Shown piece after piece: positions 52,661 to 64,000 of a DNA stretch of 64,000 nucleotides. The DNA lies in NCBI GenBank assembly GCA_003971905.1, contig RSEE01000067.1:124001-188000 (forward strand), in the 5' to 3' direction. The position numbers and the translations under genes are program-made. The notes beneath the pieces are model-generated. The model worked only from the letters and a program-made list of their open reading frames with translations, ran no database searches and had not been told where the DNA came from. Each line of letters begins with the position of its first letter. The stretch's first letter is position 1. This stretch comes from Moniliella sp. 'wahieum'. Lineage: Eukaryota.

Positions 52661-54517
52661 ATGGCATCCAGAGCACCAATGTTCCCCACGCGTAGGTCTT
52701 GGGCCGCGCTGGCGATGGGGATCGGGGGCTGTCGTCTTGTCTTTTCTTCTCTCGTTTGCTGTGGGCGGCGACGCACAGTCTCATCTGCCTTCAGTACTAT
52801 CGGACGCGTTGCTAGCTACGCCACCAGGCAACTTGCGGACCGCGGCAACCGAGGACCTGTTCGAGGGGCCCTTGTCCAACTGTACCTTGCGCGGGCCCAT
52901 CGAGAACGCTGAGTGCAATTACGAGCAGGTCGACCAAATCAACGACGACTTCTTCACCCAGCTCCAAGCCATTGTCGCCACTCCCTATTTCCGCTATTAC
53001 AAGACCGACCTGGACAAGGCCTGTCCCTTTTGGCCCGCCAACTCGTTCTGCACCAACGAAAACTGTGCTGTTCAGACCCTTGACGAGGTTCGTATCTACT
53101 TTCCTCGCTGGTCGCTTCTCCCTCTGACTCTTGCCCTTTTCCTTCTCCCCACCTCTCGTTTTCTCTGTCACCCACAGTCGGACGTACCAGAAAAATACCG
53201 GACCAGCACGCTTTCTGCTGTTTCTACCACCCCGGACGAAGTTGTTGCCCACCTAAGTGGGGGCACGGGAGCGTCTTCTTGTCAATGTGACGAGACCAAC
53301 TTTTGTCACTGGGACGACGTGAACTCCCCCGATGCTGTTTTTGTTGACCTGCAACAAAACCCCGAACGCTTCACGGGCTACAGTGGGCCTTCAGCGGCGC
53401 AAGTGTGGCACAGCATTTACGAGGAGAACTGTTTTGGGGTGCCAGGTAAGGCAGTAGGGGTGCCTGTTTTGGCGTCGCCCCCCTCGGGCACAGGCTTCAA
53501 CTCCGACATGTCCCTTAACCCAGCTGCTTCACAAGCATTTGCCTCCTTCCTCTCGGCCATGCAGCCTGACCCGGTTGAAGTCAGCCCCGAGACGGAGAGC
53601 GACACGTGTTTGGAAAAGCGCGTATTTTACCGGATCATCAGTGGTCTTCATGCCTCCATCTCGATCCACATTTGTGATGACTATCTGGACAAGGAGACGG
53701 GCCAATGGGGGCCCAACGAGCAATGCTTCCGGTCTCGGATCGCCAACTTTCCCGAGCGGTTGCAGAACCTGTACTTTGATTATGTCCTGTTTTTACGTGC
53801 GCTTGCACGGGTCGGCGAACAGGCTGCGCTCCAACCCAACTTTACCATCACCACCGCCGGAAACGAGATGGATGACGAGGCGAGCAAAACGGCGTTTGAC
53901 CAGCTCCTCCGTTCGGCGACCAAGCTCAAACCCACGTTTGATGAACGAACGATGTTTTCGGGACCGGATGCGGGGGGCTGCGGGAAGAATTCAAGCACCG
54001 CTTCCGCAACGTGACGGCGATCATGGACTGTGTCGGGTGCGACAAGTGCCGGTTGTGGGGCAAGGTGCAGACGAGCGGAGTGGCAACAGCGCTTAAGATC
54101 TTGTTTGCCTACGATGACCAGGAGACGGCACATGGTACCCATCGTTTCCTCCAGCGATCCGAATTGGTCGCCTTGGTAAATACGGCGAATCGACTTGCTG
54201 AAAGCCTCAAAGCGGTTGAACGTTTCCGTGCCATGTACCAACAAACGCTCAACGTTGAGCAGCCCATCCAGCCTCAGTCCAGTACTGCCCGGGACGTTCA
54301 CCATCCCTTGGCCAACCCACCTTTACCCCCAAAGGAGAAGGACTTCCAAAATGCCCAAACCTCTCCTCCTCCTCTTCTTCACCACCAGCGAGTGCAACTG
54401 AGTACTTGCAAGCACATGAAGACCTGTAATAACAATCCGTGTACTAATGGGAAACTACTTTACGGCCGAGAACGCGGCAATGACACTCCTTCTAACCACC
54501 CACATGCTAAGGTATAG
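52661..54517 (+). CDS. ERO1: ER oxidoreductin Ero1
   Basis: PYFRYYKTDLDKACPFW, VDLQQNPERFTGYSG, IYEENCF, CLEKRVFYRIISGLHASIS, IMDCVGCDKCRLWGKVQ (CxxCxxC); intron 53088-53177. Confidence 0.95.
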
Positions 54518-55136
54518 ATCCCCTGAGTTTCATGCCAACGTGTAAAGGCACGGTACATGGCTGTGGTTTGGTCGCACGAGGTAATGCGTTAGCCCTCGGC
54601 ACAGACTGTGAACAAATTGCACAGTCAACCGTGGCGCTTGGTTCAGGTAGTAATCCACACTGACAAGGCTGGAAAAGATAGGATTACCAGGCTTTCCTTC
54701 GCCGCTTTTTTGTGTGGGTACCAGGCTATACGAGGACAGTAGCCGTCATTTAAGAGGCAATTGGACGTTGCAGGTGCAGATCCACACGCTACGTTTCGAA
54801 TAAGGCGCCACATCCGGAGCTTTTGACTGAAAAAGTTGGCTGTACTAGAGGCTGTGCCCACGAGATAGCTGTTACGCTGTGTGGCAAAAGAAAAGCGCGG
54901 CGAACTGCCCAGAGCGTTAGCTCCATTTCGATGTGTGAAGTAACACCGTGTGGCGAGCACCAAGGAATAAATGACCAGCCATTGGCAGGGGCCCTCTATA
55001 TGGGGCCTTGGCTCGCAAAATTCGAACAGTTCATTTTTCGCTCTTACGTATGCACCTTTTTTGCTGCTAGGCCCGCCAAACAACCATCGCCAGAGTCGGT
55101 CGTCCTCGCGCCACCACCACCGCATCCTTCTTCCCC

Positions 55137-56457
55137 ATGAGCGGCTCAACGCACACGACGACAAGCTCGTCTTTGAGTCGTCTCACGGTGTAAAAGTCGT
55201 CCCCACTTCGATCGCTTGGCCTCAAAGATGACCTGCTGCGCGGCATCTACGCCTACAACTTTGAACGGCCCTCTGCCATTCAGCAACGCGCCATTCTCCC
55301 TATCGTGCGGGGCCGCGATGTGATCGCCCAAGCACAAAGCGGGACGGGTAAAACGGCAACTTTTTCCATTGCCATGCTTCAGTCCATCGATACTTCCATC
55401 CGCGACCCCCAGGCGCTCATCCTCGCGCCCACTCGCGAACTGGCAACGCAGATCCAGTCTGTCATCCTCGCCCTCGGCGACTACATGAACGTGTCGTGCC
55501 ATGCTTGCATTGGTGGCACGTCAGTGGGTGAGGACATCCGTAAGCTTGAGGCGGGTGTGCAGGTCGTGACGGGTACCCTGGACGTGTATTTGACATGATC
55601 CGCCGCCGCTTCTCAAGACCAAAAACCTCAAGATGCTCATTATGGACGAGAGCGATACTCTGCTTGACTATGGGTTTAAGACCAGATTTACGACATTTAC
55701 CGCTACCTTCCTCCGGCTACCCAGGTGTATGTCACGCTCCCTTTCTTTGCTTCCACACTTGCTTACTAACCTTTCCCGTTTGGGGGCTGGGGTGTAGTGC
55801 TTCTGTCCGCCACGTTGCCGCACGACGTGCTGGAGATGACGAGCAAGTTCATGACCGACCCGATCCGCATCTTGGTCAAGCGCGATGAGTTGACACTTGA
55901 AGGCATCAAGCAGTTCTTTGTTGCGGTCGAAAAAGAAGAGTGGAAGTTTGACACGTTGTGTGACTTGTATGACACCTTGACCATCACGCAAGCTGTCATC
56001 TTTTGCAACACCCGCAACAAGGTCGATTGGCTTACCGAAAAAATGCGCGAGAACAACTTCCAAGTATCAGCCATGCATGGGGAGATGGCGCAAAAGGAGC
56101 GGGACGCCATCATGTCCGAGTTCCGCCAAGGCCAGACCCGGGTACTGATCACGACAGATGTATGGGCACGCGGTATTGACGTACAAAATGTGTCGCTGGT
56201 GATCAACTACGATCTGCCCAACAACCGTGAAACTACTTGCATCGCATTGGCCGTTCTGGTCGCTTTGGGCGAAAAGGTGTGGCGATCAATTTTGTCACGT
56301 TGGACGATGTCAAGATCTTGCGCGATATCGAGCAGTACTACTCGACGCAGATGTACGTGCCCCACGTCCTCTTGTTGGCTTGCTGCCTGATCAAACTGAC
56401 CCTCCCATTTTTCGTTGCAGCGACGAGATGCCTACGCGGGTTGAAGACTTGCTCTAA
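55137..56457 (+). CDS. FAL1: DEAD-box helicase eIF4AIII/Fal1 (DDX48)
   Basis: [88 protein letters not shown]; two introns. Confidence 0.93.
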
Positions 56458-57384
56458 TCCGATCCTGATCCTGCTCCACGGGTGCGTCTTGTTGGATACG
56501 TAGGCACGGAATGCGGGTTACAGATGCAAGCGGTGGGGGAATGGAAAGCAAATGTGGAAGCAGACGTGGTAACAGAGCACATGTACTTATGAGAGGCCTC
56601 GCTGCCGGCTGGATTATGATTAGCTTCTCCGTCTTTGTGTCTGACCGAGAAGAGGCAGGACCCGGAGCGCATGATCCGAGCCACCTAGGCGGGCTTTAGG
56701 CCTGATGGCACCTCGTTTTCCTGTAGGCTCGCCTCCTTGACTCTGGGCGTGCCTGCCATGCTCCAGTTGACCACCGACCATTTGGCCGAGCCACAGGCAT
56801 TCGCCCTCCCCCGAAAACTGAAGAGGACCGACGCTGAAATGAGCTAGTGGATGAAACGTGGGGGATGTAGGAGCAAAGACTGTGCGCCCTGCCACGTTGC
56901 CAGTCCTTCACACGACGCCAAGGGATAGGTTTTGCTATCCCCACCAAGCCAACCATTGGCTCGCGAAGACTGTCGACGCAGCGCTTCACCAACCCATCGA
57001 ACTGTTGCTCCTGAGATGCAGGACGTAGTATATCCTTCTTTTCATGTGCTTGGGGGATATGCTGGCTTGGTGGTTTGATGGAGGCGGAGGTGGAGCTGGG
57101 GGAGCCGGCGGAGCGCTGGCATGGACATCGTCCCATTGTGCATCACGTGATGTGCCGTCGATGCGATCGATCCGCGCTCAGCCTGAGCGCATAGCCGGTG
57201 GCGTGTGTGGATTGCCGATTGCGCTTAAAGCTTAACGTGCTTGACGCTAAGTTGAAATTGGGCGCTGCGCCACAAGTATAGGTGTGTGTGCCCTGCGGAG
57301 CCACCGCACCCACCCCACCCGTCGTTGATAGGAGAGGGGCCAAAGGGAGGAAAAACAGCGGACGATTATCCCACCTCCACCACA

Positions 57385-60118
57385 ATGGGTCTCGTCGAAA
57401 GTACGACAAGCTCGGCCTTGTCAACCTCATCAAGAAGAACACCGACCCCGCCGAGCTGCGCGCCAACCTGGACCGCTGGACGGTCAGTGTGCAGTCCACC
57501 CTCAACCCCAACCACCGCCACGACGAGCCGTGGGAGAAGAGCTGGATGCCCAGCGCGAGGCCGTGTGTGAATCGCATCGGATGCGCAGCTTTGCCCCCGT
57601 GCGCTCTGGCAATCATGTCCACTGGTACTCGATGGATGCGACTACTTTTGGGCGCTGAGCGAGATGATCGAGCAGGCTACCAGCCACATCTTCATCCTCG
57701 ACTGGTGGCTTTCCCCCGAACTCTATCTTCGCCGTCCACCGCACCTGTTTGAGGGCTATCGCCTGGACCGTCTGCTCCAGCGAAAGGCCGAGCAGGGCGT
57801 CCGCATCTTCATTGTCGTCTACAAGGAGGTGCCACAGACCATGACCATGGCCTCTGTTTGGACCAAGCACTATCTCGAGGACCTCCACCCCAACATCCAA
57901 GTCTACCGTCACCCGGATCATCTGGGAGGCGAGGTTACCCTCATGTGGTCCCACCACGAAAAGGCATGTATCCATCTTCCTTTTCACATGCGTTTCAAGA
58001 CTGACATTGTCCGGGTCCACCAGCTCGTTGTCGTTGATACGACCGTCTGTGCCGTGGGGGGCTGGATATTTGTTATGGCCGCTGGGACACTCAGTCGCAC
58101 CCACTGGCAGATGTGCACCTGGCGATGCATCGCGCACCCTCTTTCCAGGCCAGGATACAACAATGCTCGTATCGAGGACTTCCACAACGTCAAGGACTAC
58201 CTCGGCAACCATCAAAGCCGCACGCTAATTGGTCGCATGCCGTGGCACGATGTGCATGTCACCATCTATGGAACCGCGGTGCTAGACGTGGCAGCGCACT
58301 TTATTCACCGCTGGAACTTTCTCAAGATGTTCAAGTACAAGAATGATCGAAGGATCAGCTACATTGCTCTGCCTTCCGGTCCAGACCCACATCTTCTCGA
58401 CCCGCACTTTGCCTTCCTCCAAGCCCATCCGCGTTTAGCCGCGATGGCCCAGACCGGCGAGGTAATTCGCCACCCGTTTCACTCGAATTACGGAGGCGGC
58501 TACAATGCACAGGGAGGAATGCCACCTCCACCGATTGTTGGGCCTGGCAGCTGCTCCGTTCAAGTCTCCGCTCCAGCGCCGATTGGAGCCTGGGATCCTC
58601 ACCGAGCATTCTATCCAGAACGCCTATCTCAGGCTCATTACCGAAGCTGAACACTACATCTATATTGAGAATCAGGTGTGTCTGTTTTCCCGTCTGTTTT
58701 TTTTTGACTGTGGAGGGTGATAATCGACTAACGTTGTTGCAATGGCCACTACAGTTTTTCATTACCTCCACTCAGACCACGGGCACGGTCAAGAACCGGA
58801 TCGGAATGGCGCTTGTCGCCCGCATTCTCCGCGCTCATCAAGAAGGCAAGAAATTCAAGGTGGTTGTCATCATGCCCACCATCCCATGTTTCGCCGGTGA
58901 ACTGGATAAGGCAGCGGGAATCCGTGCGATTATGGGGTACCAATTCCTCTCCATCAGTCGCGGGGAAAACAGTATCTTTGGCAGATTGCGACAGGCCGGA
59001 GTGATCCCAGAAGACTACATATCCTTTTACCATCTGCGTGGATTTGACCGCATCAACTTCCCCCTAGAGCAAGTGCGGGAGGTGGAACGGCGAAGCGGGG
59101 TGTCCTACCACCAAAGCCAACTCGCCCTCGCCCGCCTCTTCAACGGAGATGCGTATGTCGACATGGGCATTGACGCCCGAGGCCAAGCCCAGGGCCCACT
59201 CCATGGCACGAGCTTCAAGCTATACAATCCGGCTGCAGCGCCTCCGATCAAGGGTACCGTTCCCCCCTCGTTTTCGGGCACCGAAGAATCGATTCCGGCG
59301 AGCACGATGCCTCCCAGCGTAAGGGAGGCCGAATCATCTTGGCCCGTTCCAGGCTGCGGCACGCGAAGTGCTGGATCCCAAAGTGAAAGACACGGTGGAA
59401 AACATGCAGGATGCGCACTGGTCCGGCCATCCGGTGGAAGAAGTGTCGCTGTGGGTTACGGAGGAGATCTACGTACACTCCAAGCTGATGATCGTGGATG
59501 ATCGTCGGGTGCTGATAGGCTCAGCCAATTTGAACGACCGTAGCCAGCTGGGCGACCGCGACAGCGAGATTGCAGTCCTGATTGAAGATGGAGAAACGGT
59601 CGCGTCAACATGGATGGCCAACCGTACCAGGCAGCCAAATTTGCTGCCTCCTTCCGTCGCCATCTGTGGCAACAACACCTCGGCCTCCTTCCACCACAAC
59701 TTGTTACCCCGAAACGGCAGCTACCTTCCCCACACCAGCAATGAAGCCGCTCCCGCACCAAACCCTCCGCCCCTGGCTGCTGGAGCCGGGGAGAGTGAAA
59801 GCTTGGTGATTGACCCTTTGGGCGAGGTGGAAAGCTTGTGGAAGACCCGAGCGCGAACGAATACCCAAGCTTGGACGATGTCTTTCGCCCAGTCCCGTCG
59901 GACCGGGTGGCATCGTGGCAGGTACCATACTACTACCCTGCTAATGTCATTACGGGTCATGTGGCGACTTGCATGCAGACCCAGCTTGGGTGCGTGCGCG
60001 ACTGGGAGCGGTCCAAGGTTCCCTGGTCTGCTTTGCCCATCATTTTCTCCAGGAGGAGAACTTGGTCGCTGCGGATTCGGCCGAGGTCAACCAGTTGACA
60101 CTGGACATATACCTATGA
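57385..60118 (+). CDS. Phospholipase D lacking PX/PH domains (fungal PldA-like type)
   Basis: [28 protein letters not shown] (HKD1), [46 protein letters not shown] (HKD2). Confidence 0.92.
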
Positions 60119-61871
60119 CATCAATCCCTCTACTGTTCACTGTTTCTCGTTAGCGGTGCAGAGCAAGGCCGCCTCGACCCCCCCCCCAACGTTTGTCTCT
60201 GTTCCGGATGGTTCGCCCCCCATCTTTTCTTCTTTTGGCTCTCCCCATTTTTTTATTCTTTGCTTCTGGGGAGGCAGTCATGCAGTACGACCCTAATGAT
60301 CTCTCTCCAAGTTGTCTCTCTACGTCTGTATCCGTCGTAGCATTTGCAAAACTTGGGCAGGGACGTGCAAATCGCTTTGCCCCACCAGGCTCGCTCTCAC
60401 TTGGCGATGCATAGCATTTTCTCCCCTTGATTGTTTCTCACTCCACATTACTCTTCTTGACCAATTACATGGATTACAGGGCAAAGGCTAGGTTCAGGAT
60501 GAGAGAGAGACGGGGCCGCACACAGCTTCCTGTGGGAGGTGTGGGTTCGCGAAATGGAGACACCATGTAAAATCCACAAGCACTTGGAGGGATCCTTTCC
60601 ATCTCCGATTGGCCTATCCGGCCTCTCGAGATCTAAGCCATCTTTTACGTCAAACGCGTTAAACGCAGGACTAGTGACTTGCAGATCTCAGATCTCACTA
60701 GCTCCCTAGTCTCCCTAGCTCATAGCCCTGGCTTTGAGCGCTGCTGGTCACTTTAACCCCGCCGGTGCAACGTCGGTTGAAATCGCATCACGCGTCACGC
60801 GCCACGTGCCACGCACGTCAGTCGCCTATCTCGGGTTGGTCCGGGTTGCCAACCGCGCAACACGCGGCACAGCAGGGCACAGTGTGACGCGTTGAGGCAG
60901 TGGAGGCAGTGAGTTTTGAGCCCAAGAGAGGCCCTGTGCCTCAGGCTTCCTCGGCTAATAGTAGCGACGTTGGGGAGCGGAACCTTAGGGTTACACGGAT
61001 CACTAATCGATCGATGATCAACGATCCAGACATCCTGGTCCGGAATCTCCCGTCCCGCGTCCCGCCCGACGCGCCCACCGGCTGCTCCACAGCCTGCTCC
61101 AGCCTGTTGCTAACCCCGGCTTAGAACCTCTTGCTGGGGCACAGGGCAGACGTCGGGTCCGCCCGGAAGGCGCTGTTGTTGGAGGACAGACGTGGCTGCC
61201 GCGCGCATACGCTTGTCCGCCCCCCTGTTTCTTCGGAAAAGACGCAAGCAGGGCGGTGTTTGCAGGCTGGAGCTATTGGGCTGAACAAGTCCGTTGGCTG
61301 TCTTCTCCGCTCCTTCAGGGCACATCTCCGCTCGCCTCAGCGAATGATTAATGACTCCCAGCGCCCACACTTCCATGCCTGCTTGTCGAGGTGAGCTTGA
61401 CGACGTCGACAATGGCGACGACGAAAGCAACGATGAGATGGACGCGCCTCGACGGGCTGGTAGCACCCGAGTTGAAGGCGAAAGCACCGCAGAAGTGGCC
61501 AAATTAACCGCCGTGGCAAGTTTGTCACGAACCAAAAAACAGAGGAGTGGCCGAGTCGAGCTGCTCCACCTCCGCTTGTGCCCGACGAAAGTTTGGCGTT
61601 TGACGCGTGACGCATTGACGCCGCGCAACACTGCCGCCGTGCGGCGATTCTAGTCCGAACGGTTTATATCGATAGAGTCCGTTTTTTTATTAACGCCGCT
61701 GCCAGGTGGAAGATGGCTGCCTGTTTATAACCAACCGTGTTGGGTGAGCGGGGAGCTCCGTTTGTGTATATTCTTTCCTCCCATCTTTGCCTCTTCCTCC
61801 TGCCTTTACGCCGGTAGAAAGGCCGCGATCGACTCGACTCCCTCCCCACCACTTTCAACCGGGCCGACACC

Positions 61872-64000
61872 ATGCTCTTCCAACGTCTCGCCCCCCCATC
61901 GCGTGTCCTTCTCGGCTGTCGCTCACTAGCCACCGAGGCCTCGCCGGCTCACCCAAAACCGACTGTGCCCTTGACCCCCCCATCGCCCAGCCCCCAGCCC
62001 TATGGCCCGTCGCGCCGTGCACGGCCTACCCAACCACGCCGGGCACCGCGAGGGAACGTACAGTGCACCCGAGCAATCCCCCTGGCTCACCGCCGCTGCC
62101 GGTGCTGTACGTGCACAAGCGCGGAGGGGAGGTGCTGGAGGATCCAATCACCAATTACGGTGCAGCCCACAGCCAAAAGGAGCGTGACCTGTTGGGTCTC
62201 TCACCCTTTTTGCCTAGCAGCGTCCACTCCCTTGCTACCCAGGTGGAGCGTGCCTACACTCAATTTATGCTGCGGCAGCGGATTGCCGTCTCAAGCGACG
62301 AAGACGATGGCGAGCTGATGCAGTATACCTTTCTCCGCTCCCTCAAGGACCAAAATTCCGTCTTGTACTATGCTTTGTTGCAGCGCAACCTAAAGGAGAC
62401 GTTACGGATCATCTATACGCCTGTTGTGGGCACCGCGATCCAAAACTACTCGCGCATCTTCCGTCGGCCCGATGGTACTTTCCTCTCCTATCCTGCATAC
62501 AAGGCAGCCATCGATGCCGCTCGTGGTGATCGCCAGGCTGGGCGGCGATACATCCGTGACGCCATCAGCCACTACGGTCATTTGGATCAGGAAGATGTGG
62601 ACTTGCTCACATGTACTGATTCCGAAGGTATCCTCGGCATTGGTGACCAAGGTATGTCTTCCTTCCATCCCCCCCCCTTTTCTCCCTTACAAGCATTTTC
62701 TGACGCGCTTTCTTCAGGTGTGGGCGGGATCAACATTGCGATTGGCAAGAACACGATCTATGCGGTTGGGGGTGGGTTTGACCCACAGCGCGCCCTGAGC
62801 ATCGGATTAGATGTCGGAACCAACAATGCGTCGCTACTGGCCGACCCAATGTACCTTGGTTGGCGCCACCCGCGCCTGCGCGGGGAAGAGTACGACGCAT
62901 TTATGGACGACTATGTGAGTGTGGCCAGTCAAACGTTCCCCCCCCTTCTGCACTTTGAGGACTTTGGCACGCACAATGCCCATCGTCTCATGGAGCGGTA
63001 CCACCAGCAGGGCCGCCGTGCGTTTTGGGACGATGCTGAGGGCACCGCTGCCGTCACCCTGGCTGCGGTCCTTTCGGCCGTCAAGGTGACCCGCTCTACG
63101 CTGCTGGACCAACGGTACGTGATCTTTGGTGCAGGCACCGCCGGCGTTGGGATTGCCACCCAAATCCGGGACGCCATTGCCATTCGTCAAGGGGTCAGCC
63201 AGGAGGAGGCTAGCAAACGGCTCTACCTCATCGATCGTGAGGGTCTCCTGGTTGAGGGTGCACAGGAGCTGCGTGCGGCGCAAGAACCGTTTGCCCGCAC
63301 TCATGAGGAGGTAGCGTCGTGGGCACCAGCTAAGCGGGGCAAGGTTTCTCCCTCCTGGACGTTGTCCGGAACGTGAAGCCTACCGTACTCATTGGCGTAT
63401 CGGGGCAAGGTGCGCGTTTACTGAAGAGGTGGTGAAGGAGATGAGTCGTCATTGCTCAGCCAGCCATCTTCCCCCTGTCCAATCCATCCCGCCTTGCCGA
63501 AGCGCGACCGGACGACATCAATCGTTGGACTGAAGGCAAAGCACTGATCGCCACGGGATCCCCATTCCCGGCCGTACGTCTGCCCAACTCGGACGAGACT
63601 ACCCCATTGCCGAATCGAACAATGCGCTCGCTTTCCCCGGCTTGGCCGGCGGTGTGATCCTCCCCGTTCGCCTCGCTTGAGCAAGAAGATGATTGTGGCT
63701 GGTGTGGATGCGATTGCCTCGCTCTCGCCGGCGTTGGAGAACCCTCGGGCGGCACTCTTGCCTGACCTGGTGGCCGTACGAGACATCAGTATGAAGGTAT
63801 CTGCTGCGGTGGCCCTAGCAGCCAAACACGAAGGCTTGGCCACCGCTCCGCTTCCCGATACCTTGGAAGAAATGGAGAAACTGGCGAGGCATCGGGCATG
63901 GGAACCACTGTATCGCGAGCTCGCCCAGCCGAGGGGGCAGAGCAATGGTCGTGATTCAGGTCGGATGCCTAGTTCAGTCCCTGCAGTGGCCGCGCCTCCT
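61872..64000 (+). CDS. MAE1: Malic enzyme, mitochondrial-type (runs to window end)
   Basis: Presequence-like [74 protein letters not shown]; intron 62652-62717. Confidence 0.9.

Overview
Eukaryotic, fungal DNA. It is most likely an intron-poor basidiomycete, inferred from short GT-AG introns with CTAAC/CTGAC branch points, intron-containing tRNAs and a DUF6533-like membrane protein. Almost every gene carries single-base indels at homopolymers, which points to an unpolished long-read assembly, so genes were reconstructed by eye across frames and their boundaries are approximate. Recognisable genes are: an Ime2/MAK-like kinase, a GH27 AglA-type glycosidase with a ricin-B lectin domain, Kin28/CDK7, phosphatidylserine synthase Cho1, CTD phosphatase Fcp1, a Kin4/Ppk1-like kinase, an ABCF ATPase, a pepsin-family protease, Ero1, eIF4AIII/Fal1, a PX/PH-less phospholipase D, mitochondrial malic enzyme, tRNA-Glu(CTC) and tRNA-Gly(GCC). 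The standout is a ~10.6 kb gene (15167-25772) that appears to encode a giant protein of roughly 3,400 aa. It is built from about 18 divergent dynein-light-chain (LC8)-like domains, most preceded by a Gly/Ala-rich hydrophobic helix. It also has a long acidic Thr/Val/Glu-rich spacer carrying TQT-like motifs and a near-identical 1.45 kb, intron-containing tandem repeat. No database searches were run; all family calls rest on motif recognition.
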